55,114 nt of DNA from Acutalibacteraceae bacterium (lineage in GTDB: Bacteria > Bacillota > Clostridia > Oscillospirales > Acutalibacteraceae): assembly GCA_045546555.1 (NCBI GenBank), contig JAZQCY010000092.1:1-55114 (forward strand), in the 5' to 3' direction. Made by a program: the position numbers and the translations under genes. Of this stretch, positions 8,631-18,071 are shown one piece after another (the stretch's first letter is position 1; every line of letters begins with the position of its first letter). The notes under the pieces were generated by a model that saw only the letters and a list, made by a program, of their open reading frames with translations, ran no database searches and had not been told where the DNA came from.

Positions 8631-9278
8631 ATGGAAGACTTAAAAAGCATTATTGCCGAAAATATTACACAGTTAAGAAAAGAATCCGGCCTCACCCAGG
8701 TGGATCTTGCCGAGAGGTTAAACTACTCGGACAAGGCGGTTTCCAAGTGGGAAAGGGCTGAATCCTTGCCCGATATCGGCGTCTTGAAGCAGATCGCCGA
8801 CCTGTTTAACGTAACCGTCGACTACCTTTTGAAGTCCGATCACACCGCTGAAAAGGAGCAGGCCGCAAGGGTCAGCCGCCGTGTTCACCGAAATCAGGTC
8901 ATAATCACGGGCATATCTATTGTGCTTGTTTGGTTGGTTGCCACCGTTGTGTTCTTCATACTCGACGCCACAACCTCTATTCCTTACGAAAAGCTGGCCT
9001 TCAGCTTTGCATACGCTGTGCCTGCAAGCTTCGTTGTGTGGCTTGTTTTCAACTCAATGTGGTTTAACCAAAGGCGCAATTTTATCATCATCTCACTGCT
9101 TATGTGGAGCGTTTTGGGCGCACTGTTCTTCACGCTGATCCAATACGGACTGTATCTGATGTTCATTATAGGTGTCCCTGCGCAGATTATTATCGGAATG
9201 TGGTCGGGAATTAAAATTCCTAAAGCAAAAAAATTGAAATCCCGAAAGAAATCTGTTGAAAAACCCAAAGAAAAGTGA
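8631..9278 (+). CDS. XRE-family helix-turn-helix protein fused to a multi-pass membrane domain
   Basis: ATG at 8631 behind AGAGG. The N-terminus LRKESGLTQVDLAERLNYSDKAVSKWERAESLPDIGVLKQIADLFNVTVDYLL is a Cro/C1 HTH. About 4 hydrophobic helices follow (IITGISIVLVWLVATVVFFIL ...), then a Lys-rich tail. Confidence 0.8.
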   Translation: MEDLKSIIAENITQLRKESGLTQVDLAERLNYSDKAVSKWERAESLPDIGVLKQIADLFNVTVDYLLKSDHTAEKEQAARVSRRVHRNQVIITGISIVLVWLVATVVFFILDATTSIPYEKLAFSFAYAVPASFVVWLVFNSMWFNQRRNFIIISLLMWSVLGALFFTLIQYGLYLMFIIGVPAQIIIGMWSGIKIPKAKKLKSRKKSVEKPKEK

Positions 9279-9319
9279 TATCATTCATGCTATAAACGAG
9301 TGGCTTGGCCACTCACCAT

Positions 9320-9395
9320 GGGGGCGTAGCTCAGCTGGGAGAGCGTACGGTTCGCATCCGTAAGGTCAAGGGTTCGATCCCCTCCGTCTCCACCA
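9320..9395 (+). tRNA. tRNA-Ala (anticodon CGC), CCA encoded
   Basis: A 76-nt cloverleaf: acceptor GGGGGCG/CGTCTCC with the G3:U70 Ala identity pair, D arm GCTCAGCTGGGAGAGC, anticodon stem ACGG/CCGT with loop TTCGCAT, T arm GGGTTCGATCCC, and terminal ACCA. Confidence 0.92.
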
Positions 9396-9397
9396 AA

Positions 9398-9432
9398 ATC
9401 GACAGGCTTCGACAGAGGCCTGTCGATTTTAT
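9398..9432 (+). terminator. Rho-independent terminator after tRNA-Ala
   Basis: ATCGACAGGC/GCCTGTCGAT 10-bp stem followed by TTTTATT. Confidence 0.72.
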
Positions 9433-9630
9433 TCCTTTTTTCATTTTTCTTTTATTGTTGATTCCGGCGGAAGTGATACGTAATGGTAATTAGTGAAGAA
9501 GTATAATCCGTTTGCTATGGCACGATTTTATATTTCGAGAGTTTAGTCTTATATTGTAGAAGCTGCTGTCTGTGCTTTATTTCAATGGAATAATGGAGTT
9601 CAAATTATTAAGAAGAAACAGCCCGGTGGC

Positions 9631-9674
9631 AAAAAAACAACCCCACAGCTTATCAAACGACAAGCTGTGGGGTT
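9631..9674 (-). terminator. Rho-independent terminator of hppA
   Basis: 13-bp stem AACCCCACAGCTT/AAGCTGTGGGGTT, followed on the minus strand by TTGTTTTTTT. Confidence 0.75.
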
Positions 9675-9687
9675 TGTGTGTCTTTCT

Positions 9688-11778
9688 TTAGAAAATGCTG
9701 AACTTTACTACCAAAGCGGCGAAAACGATGGAAACCATCGAAAGCAGCTTAATGAGGATGTTGATTGCGGGGCCCGAGGTATCCTTGAACGGGTCGCCGA
9801 CGGTGTCGCCAACAACTGCGGCTTTGTGCTGTGAGGAGCCCTTACCGCCGAAGTTTCCGCCCTCAATGTGCTTCTTGGCGTTATCCCAAGCACCGCCCGA
9901 GTTGGACATAAATATGGCCATCAAAAAGCCGCTGACGGTTGCGCCGGCCAACAAACCTACAACACCCTTATATCCCAAAACCAAGCCGCTGACAACGGGA
10001 ACAACAACTGCAACAACGGTGGGAAGGATCATTTCACGAAGGCTTGCCTTGGTGCAAAGGCTTACGCACTTGGCATAGTCGGGGTCGGCCTTGCCCTCCA
10101 TAAGACCTGTGATCTCGTGGAACTGACGGCGAACCTCTTTAACGACCGACTGTGCGGCCTTACCGACCGACTCCATAGTAAGAGCGGCGAATACGAACGG
10201 CAGGCAGGCACCGATGAACAGACCGACCAGAACGGTGGGGTTGGTGAGGTTGAACACCTCGTCAACAACCTTGCCGGCGCTCGCAGCAACCTCTTTGACC
10301 TTATCAACGTAGGAAACCATCAAAGCAAGTGCGGTCAAAGCGGCCGAGCCGATTGCAAAGCCCTTACCTGTAGCGGCGGTGGTGTTACCCAATGCGTCAA
10401 GAGCATCGGTACGCTCACGAACCTCTTTTTCGAGTCCTGCCATCTCGGCAATACCGCCTGCGTTATCGGCAACGGGGCCGTAAGCGTCGGTTGCCAGAGT
10501 GATACCAAGGGTAGAAAGCATACCAACGGCGGCCAAAGCGATACCGTAAAGGCCAAAGCCATTGCCTGCGGCAAAGTATGCAACAAGAATGCAAACCGCA
10601 ATGATGATGATGGGCAGTGCGGTGGAAAGCATACCAAGACCCAAACCACCGATGATGATGGTTGCCGAGCCGGTCTCCGACTTGGAGGCCAAATGGCGTG
10701 TGGGCTTATATGTATCCGAGGTGAAATACTCGGTCGATTGACCGATAAGAACACCTGCAACAAGTCCTGAGAAAATGGAAGCGTAAAGACCGATATGTCC
10801 CTTACCAAGGCAGAACCAAACGATGGGGAATGCGGCAATTGCAATAAGAATTGCCGAGAAGTTGGTGCCACGGCTCAAGGATTTCAGAAGGTTCTTCTGG
10901 GTGGCGTTTTCCTTGGTGCGAACCAGGAAGGTGCCGATGACCGAGAAGATGATACCGATAGCGGCAATGAGAAGCGGAACAGCCATAGCCTTAAAGCCCA
11001 TATCCATTCCATTAAAAGCGGCAACACCCAGAGCGCAGGCCGAAATGATAGAGCCAACGTAAGACTCGTAAAGGTCAGCGCCCATACCTGCAACGTCGCC
11101 GACGTTGTCACCAACGTTGTCAGCGATAACTGCGGGATTTCGGGGGTCGTCCTCGGGGATGCCTGCCTCAACCTTGCCGACAAGGTCGGCACCGACGTCA
11201 GCAGCCTTGGTGAAGATACCGCCGCCGACACGGGCAAACAAAGCCATTGACGAGGCGCCCATACCGAAGGTCAGCATTGCGCTGGTGATCTCGGAAGCAG
11301 AGCATTTGAAAACAAATTTCAAAAGGGTGAACCAGATTGCAATATCCAAAAGGCCGAGACCGACAACGGTGAAGCCCATGACCGAGCCTGCCGAGAATGC
11401 AACACGAAGGCCTTTGTTAAGACCCTCACGGCAAGCGTTGGCGGTACGTGCATTGGATGCGGTTGCTATCTTCATACCGACGAAGCCCGACAAAGCCGAG
11501 AAAATACCGCCGGTGAGGAATGCGAACGGAACATAAGGTGTTAAAAGCTTGAAAATTGCCATAACGCCGAGAACAACAAACATTACGGCAAAGAAAATGG
11601 CTACGACCTTATACTGTCTTTTAAGGTAAGCATTGGCGCCCTCACGGATCGACTGGGAGATCTTTTTCATCCTGTCGGTTCCTTCAGAGAACTTCATGAC
11701 CTTTTTTGCGGTAAAGATTGCAAAAAGCAGTGCTACCGCAGCTCCGACAAAAGCGCACAGAGCTAACAATTTCTCCAT
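9688..11778 (-). CDS. hppA: Membrane-bound pyrophosphate-energized cation pump (K+-dependent type H+/Na+-PPase)
   Basis: 696 aa, polytopic. Motifs present: GGG(I)[33 protein letters not shown] and [18 protein letters not shown] (Ala in GNTTA-A marks the K+-dependent subclass), plus [13 protein letters not shown]. Confidence 0.95.
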   Translation of the reverse strand: MEKLLALCAFVGAAVALLFAIFTAKKVMKFSEGTDRMKKISQSIREGANAYLKRQYKVVAIFFAVMFVVLGVMAIFKLLTPYVPFAFLTGGIFSALSGFVGMKIATASNARTANACREGLNKGLRVAFSAGSVMGFTVVGLGLLDIAIWFTLLKFVFKCSASEITSAMLTFGMGASSMALFARVGGGIFTKAADVGADLVGKVEAGIPEDDPRNPAVIADNVGDNVGDVAGMGADLYESYVGSIISACALGVAAFNGMDMGFKAMAVPLLIAAIGIIFSVIGTFLVRTKENATQKNLLKSLSRGTNFSAILIAIAAFPIVWFCLGKGHIGLYASIFSGLVAGVLIGQSTEYFTSDTYKPTRHLASKSETGSATIIIGGLGLGMLSTALPIIIIAVCILVAYFAAGNGFGLYGIALAAVGMLSTLGITLATDAYGPVADNAGGIAEMAGLEKEVRERTDALDALGNTTAATGKGFAIGSAALTALALMVSYVDKVKEVAASAGKVVDEVFNLTNPTVLVGLFIGACLPFVFAALTMESVGKAAQSVVKEVRRQFHEITGLMEGKADPDYAKCVSLCTKASLREMILPTVVAVVVPVVSGLVLGYKGVVGLLAGATVSGFLMAIFMSNSGGAWDNAKKHIEGGNFGGKGSSQHKAAVVGDTVGDPFKDTSGPAINILIKLLSMVSIVFAALVVKFSIF

Positions 11779-12008
11779 AACTATACTACTCCTTTAATTG
11801 TGAGGTACCCTATATTGTAATACAAAGAGTATCTAATTGTCAATATTTTAACATTAAATTTCTTTAAAAAGCAACCAACACGAGCAACATTGTTAAATTT
11901 ATTGCAAATAAGATGAAAATAATTTACCGAGCGTAAAGTTTTGTCCCAAAATGCAACGATTATTATACAAAAACGAAACAGTTTATGGTATAATTAATTT
12001 GAAAAAAG

Positions 12009-12037
12009 TGTAACATTTTGAGTTTTGTGTACGTATA
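12009..12037 (+). promoter_or_regulatory. Candidate ECF-type (autoregulatory) promoter
   Basis: TGTAAC (12009-12014), 17 nt, then CGTATA (12032-12037). This matches the AAC/CGT architecture of Bacillus sigmaX/sigmaW/sigmaM-class promoters and lies directly upstream of the ECF sigma gene. Confidence 0.45.
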
Positions 12038-12072
12038 ACATACGAAGCATGTCGGAAGGGAGGGTGAGCTCG

Positions 12073-12591
12073 GTGGTCGACCGCAAGAATTTGAGTGCCG
12101 ATCAACGTAACAAAGCCATAGAGCACTATATCGAAAGCTACGGCAGCATGATCTCACGGCTTTGCTTTTCCCTTTGCAAAAACACCCACGATGCCGACGA
12201 TGTTTACCAGGAGACCTGGATAAAGATCATCCGTTCACTTGATACCTATGATGCCACCCGACCGTTTGATATATGGGCTTCAAAAATTTGTGTAAACGCC
12301 TTTCTTGATATGTGCCGCAAAAAGCCTAAGGAGGCCTATTTTGAATCGGAAGAGCACATGGAACGGCTCATAAATTCGGGCCGAATATCAACCGAGGACA
12401 CCGAGGACTACTCCAAGCTTTATAAAGCCATAGGAAAGCTGAAGCCCGAGGAGCGTGCCGCAATAACACTGTTTTATTTCGACGATTACGACGGCAAGCA
12501 GGCGGCACAGATATTGGGCAAGACCCACACCCACTTCAGAATAATACTTATGCGAGCAAGAAATAAATTGAGAAAGGAGTTGGAGCAATGA
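12073..12591 (+). CDS. RNA polymerase sigma-70 factor, ECF subfamily
   Basis: Region 2 is DADDVYQETWIKIIRSLDTYDATRPFDIWASKICVNAFLDMCRKK. Region 4 is EERAAITLFYFDDYDGKQAAQILGKTHTHFRIILMRARNKLRKEL. I prefer the GTG at 12073 (GGGAGG 9 nt upstream). The ATG at 12049 has no RBS and would sit almost on the predicted transcription start. Confidence 0.8.
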   Translation: MVDRKNLSADQRNKAIEHYIESYGSMISRLCFSLCKNTHDADDVYQETWIKIIRSLDTYDATRPFDIWASKICVNAFLDMCRKKPKEAYFESEEHMERLINSGRISTEDTEDYSKLYKAIGKLKPEERAAITLFYFDDYDGKQAAQILGKTHTHFRIILMRARNKLRKELEQ

Positions 12592-14792
12592 AGGATCTTG
12601 ATAAAATGCTGAAGAATCTTGAAGGACTTGAGCCTGAAAGCGATTTCAAGTTCAAGGGCGAGCTTCCCTTGCCCGAAAAAGCGAAAAGAAGGCTCCCGTT
12701 TTACCGCCGTAGGCTATTTTACCCCATAACGGCGGCGGTTTTGGCCGCAGTCGTTGCGCTGATGATTCTTTTGCCGACTGTGCCCGATAACATTACCCCC
12801 GATTCTCCGCAGGTGATCTATACGCCCCAAAAGCCCAATATAAGCTATGTTCGTCCGCCCGAAAGCTCGGTCGATGCGTTGGGACTGCCGTGGGAAAACG
12901 GAACGCTCAAGCTGACCACCCTCAGTACCTCGGCGCCGGGTCGCAACGGCGGCATCATACCGTTGTCCAATAAAGCCGTGATCGAAATTCAGAATATCGA
13001 CCTTTCATTTTTGGGCAATACCAAGATAGTTTCCTGCTCCGACGGAAATCTTGTCAGAATCAATACCCAAACAGGTGACCATGCAGGCTGTCGTGGCTTG
13101 TATTTCAACGTTTACGACGGTAGCATCTTCTGTGTTGCCTGCGCCATTAAGGAATCGGTCAAGTGTGAGCCGTATTATATCGATGCCTGCATCAGAGCGC
13201 TGATCGAGGAGTGCATCCTCACGGCTGATGAAGTTAAGGGAGCGCATGAGGTCGAGTATCTTTACACCGTACTCATCGATACATTATATAAAAACGGTGC
13301 CGACGAGGTGTTTATGAATGGCCAACAGCCCACCGTTGAAAATTTGGGGCTTAATCTTTCGGTAACATCACTTTTCGATTCGGGTGTTGCCGAGCGTATT
13401 GCCGAATACAAATACCCCGTAATAAACGTGTTGGAGTTCGGTATGAGCTCGAAATACTGCCTTTACGGTATAGCCTCCTCCAAAAGCGGTGCGACCTGGG
13501 GAAATTTCAAGATGGATCTGACCACGGGTGAGGTTATTTCACTTAACGGTGATGACGGAGAAAACCTCAGAAACGGCGGTGTTTTATATAACCACGTCGC
13601 AAGTCCCAACTTTTATAAAGGAATGACGTCGGCCGACCTTGGTAATTTCACAAGCATCGACGTTTCGACCGACTACACCTTTGCGGTGGTCACCGCACCG
13701 TTTTTCAGATACGAGAATATTGTTGATATAGACAACGGTATGACGTTAAAGACCAACTTTAACGAGCAGAACGTTTATTATATCGACCTTGTGAGTGGTA
13801 AATTCATACCGCTTTTGGGTGAAAAATATACCTACGTTCCCGAAAACCTTACCGACCGTCCGTATCCCTTACAGCCCGCACAGATTGTTGACGGAGTGGT
13901 CTGCTTCCCAACCAAGAGGGACACATGGTATTTCTATTACGGTGTTGCCAATGAGTTTTCGGGTGAGCTTTTGAAGGTTTGTACCTACAGCGGCATCAAA
14001 TATGCCGTTATGCTTCAGGGGGATGACACGGTCTGCTACCGTCTTGGCGATGGCGCCGATGTTACCGATGAAATCTCAAGCGGTGAGACCGTTTTGCCCG
14101 AGGGCTTTGAAATAGCTTCATCGTTGGTCAGTGTAGGCAACAGCTCGGTTTCGGTCTGGACCAAGGATGGAAAATATAAGTATTCCTACCTCAAGGGTGA
14201 GGATAAGATCAACTGTGTCGAAATAGCCACGGGCATCACGGGTGAGATACCCGTTTCCAAGGAATTTCTCGACCATGTAAGCGGTCTTGATGCAGTGCAG
14301 TATTATATGTTTGCCGATCCCAACGGAACACGGCTGATACTTTCGTATTTTGATATAAGCTGCATAAAATTCAACCGTTCTGAGTTGTATAACGATCCAT
14401 GCTACATTCCGCAGTACAACGGCTTCAGAATGGATTATATCGAGGTCGGACGTTATATCGGACATTTTTACGATGTCAACGGTCGGAAGGTAGAGTTTTA
14501 TGATGAGTCTAATGTATTTAAGGCTATGGTTGCTCTGTCCTACGACGGAATAAGCTCTTTGGTCGAGCAATATGTTATCAATAATGCGTCACCCGAAAAA
14601 TACAGTGCCGACTACCGTAAGGATTATTTTGCGGTCATCAGTGCAGCCTGCGACAAAATTGCACGTGAGCTTGATTATGACGGCGAAAAGGCCAAGCTTT
14701 CAGACGAGGCATTGAATCGGATGCTGGGCGGTGTTGAATTTGACGAGTACCTGGCAAAATATAACCAAATAATAGATCGACAGTATAAATAA
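12588..14792 (+). CDS. Single-pass membrane protein, putative anti-sigma factor with a large (about 670 aa) extracytoplasmic domain of unknown fold
   Basis: Its ATG overlaps the sigma stop (ATGA, 12588-12591). It has a roughly 45-aa cytoplasmic head, one TM helix (ITAAVLAAVVALMILLPTV), then a beta-rich, Cys-containing domain. No HxxxCxxC zinc anti-sigma motif is seen. The functional call rests on position only. Confidence 0.55.
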   Translation: MKDLDKMLKNLEGLEPESDFKFKGELPLPEKAKRRLPFYRRRLFYPITAAVLAAVVALMILLPTVPDNITPDSPQVIYTPQKPNISYVRPPESSVDALGLPWENGTLKLTTLSTSAPGRNGGIIPLSNKAVIEIQNIDLSFLGNTKIVSCSDGNLVRINTQTGDHAGCRGLYFNVYDGSIFCVACAIKESVKCEPYYIDACIRALIEECILTADEVKGAHEVEYLYTVLIDTLYKNGADEVFMNGQQPTVENLGLNLSVTSLFDSGVAERIAEYKYPVINVLEFGMSSKYCLYGIASSKSGATWGNFKMDLTTGEVISLNGDDGENLRNGGVLYNHVASPNFYKGMTSADLGNFTSIDVSTDYTFAVVTAPFFRYENIVDIDNGMTLKTNFNEQNVYYIDLVSGKFIPLLGEKYTYVPENLTDRPYPLQPAQIVDGVVCFPTKRDTWYFYYGVANEFSGELLKVCTYSGIKYAVMLQGDDTVCYRLGDGADVTDEISSGETVLPEGFEIASSLVSVGNSSVSVWTKDGKYKYSYLKGEDKINCVEIATGITGEIPVSKEFLDHVSGLDAVQYYMFADPNGTRLILSYFDISCIKFNRSELYNDPCYIPQYNGFRMDYIEVGRYIGHFYDVNGRKVEFYDESNVFKAMVALSYDGISSLVEQYVINNASPEKYSADYRKDYFAVISAACDKIARELDYDGEKAKLSDEALNRMLGGVEFDEYLAKYNQIIDRQYK

Positions 14793-14812
14793 AATAGTTC
14801 TTCCTCTCTCAT

Positions 14813-14857
14813 AAAGCCGCCGTGTGCTTTTCAAAAGACACACGGCGGCTTTACTTT
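14813..14857 (+). terminator. Rho-independent terminator after the sigma/anti-sigma pair
   Basis: 14-bp stem AAAGCCGCCGTGTG/CACACGGCGGCTTT followed by ACTTT. Confidence 0.72.
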
Positions 14858-14895
14858 GCAATAATACAAAAGAAATCAAGAAACTACACCGCCGT

Positions 14896-14928
14896 TTGAC
14901 AAAATATACAGCCGACACCTTGTATAAT
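14896..14928 (+). promoter_or_regulatory. Candidate Spo0A-dependent sigma-A promoter of spoIIE with an overlong spacer
   Basis: TTGACA (14896-14901), a 21-nt spacer, then TATAAT (14923-14928). 0A-box-like TTTGACA (14895-14901) and GCCGACA (14911-14917) resemble the reverse complement of TGTCGAA. Confidence 0.45.
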
Positions 14929-14971
14929 ATGTTTACATAACAACAATTAGACGCTGAAAGGTGAGGACAAA

Positions 14972-17287
14972 ATGATAAAGGAGTCGGTTAAAAAGACGAG
15001 ATTGTGGGAGATATTGGGCTCGGTCGACCGATGGGTGGCGGTGCTAAAGCAGATCGGCTTTGCGGCAATGGGATTCTTTATGGCAAGGACGTCGCTTTGG
15101 AACGGCATGGCACCGCTTGGGGCGGCGCTTACTGCAGGAGTGCCCAAAAGATACATAATCGTGGCGGCAACGGGGTCGCTTTTGGGGTATTTAATGCCGT
15201 TATCGGATGTATCCGCCCTGCGTTATACGGCGGTGCTTCTGGCCGTGTTTTCCATAAGACTTTTGTTAAGCGGATTAAAGGGTATCGGTTCAAGCGCCGT
15301 GTGGGCAGGCGTAAATGCCGCCACCGTTGTGACGGCGGTCGGGCTTATCTCAACCTCGGGTCAAGGCTTTTTCAATGCGGTGGTGTTTAGTGTGGCTGAA
15401 GGTCTTTTGGCAGGGTTTGGCGCCTATTTCATCCGTCGGGCAGGCACCGTTACCTCCAACTCACGTGGCAACACTCCCGAGCAAACGGCGGCCCTGCTTA
15501 TTTCGGTCGCGTTGGTGTTGACATCTGTTATGGGGGTTGGCTTTGATGAAATATCGGTTGGTCGTGCGGCCGCAACCGTGTTGATACTTTTCTCGGCACG
15601 ATACGGCCGTATTGGGACGGCCTGCGTCTGTTCGGTTGCGGTTGCGGCGGCGGTTGTTTTGTCGGGTGGCCGTGCCGAAACGGCGGCGGTAATGTGCATA
15701 TCGGGACTTTTGGCAGGTGTGCTTATTAACCTCGGTCGGTTTGCCGTTGTGCTGGCACCCGTTGCCGTCACAGGTGCTTGGGCGCTACTGTCGGGTGCCG
15801 ATACCTTGTCGGTTGCCATGCTTATCGAGGCCTCGGCGGCAGGCATAATCTATGCCATAATTCCCAAAACGGTTACGGCAGGGCTTGGCACGGTCATTGC
15901 ACCCGAGGTCATAACCCCCGACACCAAGGGGCTTAGACGTACACTCACAATGCGGCTTGGGCTTGCCTCGGCGGCGTTGCACGGTGTTTCCGAAACGGTT
16001 GAGGAGGTTTCAAACTGTCTTTCGCTTTCCAGCAAGCCGAACTTTGCCGCTGTGCTGCACAAGACCGAAAACGAGGCCTGCAAAGGCTGTTCGTTTCATA
16101 ATTACTGTTGGGAAAAGCAAAAAAGCAACACGGTCGACGCCATTCTCGCAATGAGTGAAACGGTGCGCCGTGGACAACCTATCACAATGGCTCAGGTGCC
16201 CGAGGATTTTTCCGAGCGGTGCCTGCGTATCGAACGGTTTGAGGATGCGCTCACAAAGCACTACTCCGAGTTTTTAAGCAGCATTGCCGCCGAGCGCAGA
16301 GTGGCCGAAATGCGTGAGGTTATGGCGGGGCAGATGAACGGCATTGCCGATATGCTGAACGAGCTTTCGGACGAGTTTAAAACGGCGCAGAAATATGATA
16401 TCAATATGGCGGGCAGGGTGGCAGGCGCCTTGAAGGAGCTTGACATTTCGGCCGATGAGTGCAGCTGTGTGGTCGACAAATACGGACGAATGACGGTCGA
16501 AATAAAACTGCTTCACGAGCCCGAGCTGCCCATAAACCGTTTGAGGGTTCTGCAAAGATTGGAAAGCACCTGCGAGCGTGATTTTGAGCCGCCCGAAATT
16601 AACCGTGTCGGCAGAACCTTTTATATCACCGCCACCGAAAAGGCGGTTTTGTCGGTCGATTGCGGTTGCACTCAATTCAATCAGGGCAAAAATCAGCATT
16701 GCGGCGACACCTGTCGATACTTTTTTGACGGTCGGGGTCGCTTGGTCATCATTGTCAGTGACGGAATGGGCTCGGGCGGACGTGCGGCGGTCGACAGTGC
16801 TATGACGGCAGGCCTTGCCGAGCGGCTGATAAAGGCAGGCTTTGGGTATGATTGTACCCTAAAGCTGGTCAACTCGGCCATGCTTTACAAATCCACCGAT
16901 GAGTCGCTTGCAACACTTGACATTTCCTGTATCGATCTGTTTTCCGGCAAGACCGAGCTACTCAAGGCGGGTGCCGCACCGACCCTTGTTCGCCGAAACG
17001 GCCGCACGGGCAGGGCAGAGTGCCACTCACTGCCGGCAGGAATACTCAACGAGGTCGGCTTTGACCGAGCGGTGGTCACCCTTAAAGAGAATGACGTACT
17101 GATAATGATGTCCGACGGTGTCTGCACCGACGGAACCGATTGGATATGCGCCGAGATCGAGGGCTTTAAGGACGGCGGTGCCAAACAACTGTCGGAGCGC
17201 ATAGCCACCGCCGCAAGACGCCGTCGCCGTGACGGCCACGATGATGATATTACAGTTTTTGCCGCCATTGTCGAAAAGGCTGTTTAA
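14972..17287 (+). CDS. spoIIE: Stage II sporulation protein E (PP2C phosphatase, SpoIIE)
   Basis: 771 aa. About 10 N-terminal TM helices, a central regulatory region, and a C-terminal PP2C domain (GDTCRYFFDGRGRLVIIVSDGMGSGGRAA...ATLDISCIDLFSG...LIMMSDGV...DDDITVFA). Confidence 0.92.
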   Translation: MIKESVKKTRLWEILGSVDRWVAVLKQIGFAAMGFFMARTSLWNGMAPLGAALTAGVPKRYIIVAATGSLLGYLMPLSDVSALRYTAVLLAVFSIRLLLSGLKGIGSSAVWAGVNAATVVTAVGLISTSGQGFFNAVVFSVAEGLLAGFGAYFIRRAGTVTSNSRGNTPEQTAALLISVALVLTSVMGVGFDEISVGRAAATVLILFSARYGRIGTACVCSVAVAAAVVLSGGRAETAAVMCISGLLAGVLINLGRFAVVLAPVAVTGAWALLSGADTLSVAMLIEASAAGIIYAIIPKTVTAGLGTVIAPEVITPDTKGLRRTLTMRLGLASAALHGVSETVEEVSNCLSLSSKPNFAAVLHKTENEACKGCSFHNYCWEKQKSNTVDAILAMSETVRRGQPITMAQVPEDFSERCLRIERFEDALTKHYSEFLSSIAAERRVAEMREVMAGQMNGIADMLNELSDEFKTAQKYDINMAGRVAGALKELDISADECSCVVDKYGRMTVEIKLLHEPELPINRLRVLQRLESTCERDFEPPEINRVGRTFYITATEKAVLSVDCGCTQFNQGKNQHCGDTCRYFFDGRGRLVIIVSDGMGSGGRAAVDSAMTAGLAERLIKAGFGYDCTLKLVNSAMLYKSTDESLATLDISCIDLFSGKTELLKAGAAPTLVRRNGRTGRAECHSLPAGILNEVGFDRAVVTLKENDVLIMMSDGVCTDGTDWICAEIEGFKDGGAKQLSERIATAARRRRRDGHDDDITVFAAIVEKAV

Positions 17288-17301
17288 GGAATACAAAAAA
17301 T

Positions 17302-17338
17302 ACAAGCAGAAACGAATTTCGTTTCTGCTTGTATTTTT
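17302..17338. terminator. Bidirectional rho-independent terminator
   Basis: 15-bp stem ACAAGCAGAAACGAA/TTCGTTTCTGCTTGT, flanked by an A-run (17295-17300) and a T-run (17334-17338). It sits between convergent genes. Confidence 0.78.
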
Positions 17339-17353
17339 GTGTCTGTTTTAAAT

Positions 17354-18028
17354 TTAGTATTTTCTGCGTTTGATTTTAATGTAGTTGCTGACGATGTTGT
17401 CACTCTGTTCCATCTTGCGACGGCGGTAGTCCTTTACAAAGGAAAGCGCAAGCACAACTATCAGCGCTACAAATGCCGCAATTCCCAGACAAAGGAAGAT
17501 TATCATAAGCAGGTTGGGTTCCGACTCGGTTGCGCTGTCGGGCAGGGTGACGGTTCCCATAAATTCGCCTATCCTCAACGGGTCGTTACCGAAATAGGTG
17601 AAGGTGTAAAGCTTGCCGTTGGACACCGTGACGTATATTACCGTAAACTGCTCACCGTTGGCGGTCGACTTTTTCAGAAAGACGTTGTGACCGATCTCGG
17701 CGGTATCATATCCGTCGGGGAAAAGAATCTGTCCCACGGGGGCGAGATCCTCACCGAGCAGACCCTTGAACGAGCCAAGCTCTTTAGAGAAATCGGTGAC
17801 CGTTTCACGGCACTGTATCTGATGAGCCTCGTCCTTGGAGATGGCGGCGAATATCAGACCCTCGACCGAGCTTGATACCAAAAGATCCTCCTCGGTCAAA
17901 AGATCGTAGCTGTCGCCAAGTGAAAAGGTGACGTCTTTAACGGTATGCTCGGTCGAAGCCGCCGATACCGATACCGCGGCAAAGAGGCACAATATTATTG
18001 TAAGAACACATATAAGTGTTTTCTTCAC
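17354..18028 (-). CDS. Hypothetical secreted/membrane-anchored protein (signal peptide plus C-terminal TM anchor)
   Basis: GTG start at 18026-18028 behind AAGGAAG. N-terminus MKKTLICVLTIILCLFAAVSVSAAS. C-terminal hydrophobic helix LLMIIFLCLGIAAFVALIVVLAL followed by a basic tail. No named motif. Confidence 0.62.
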   Translation of the reverse strand: MKKTLICVLTIILCLFAAVSVSAASTEHTVKDVTFSLGDSYDLLTEEDLLVSSSVEGLIFAAISKDEAHQIQCRETVTDFSKELGSFKGLLGEDLAPVGQILFPDGYDTAEIGHNVFLKKSTANGEQFTVIYVTVSNGKLYTFTYFGNDPLRIGEFMGTVTLPDSATESEPNLLMIIFLCLGIAAFVALIVVLALSFVKDYRRRKMEQSDNIVSNYIKIKRRKY

Positions 18029-18071
18029 TGCGGTTCACTTCCTTTTGGTAAATTTAAGATCTATTTGAGAT

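Noticed and set aside
9305-9493. 62-aa plus-strand ORF
   Set aside because: It reads straight through tRNA-Ala and its terminator and is not a coding sequence.
7472-10770. 317-aa plus-strand ORF opposite degV and 300-aa plus-strand ORF opposite hppA
   Set aside because: Antisense shadows. The same applies to 20590-21453, 42383-43249 and 50032-50877.
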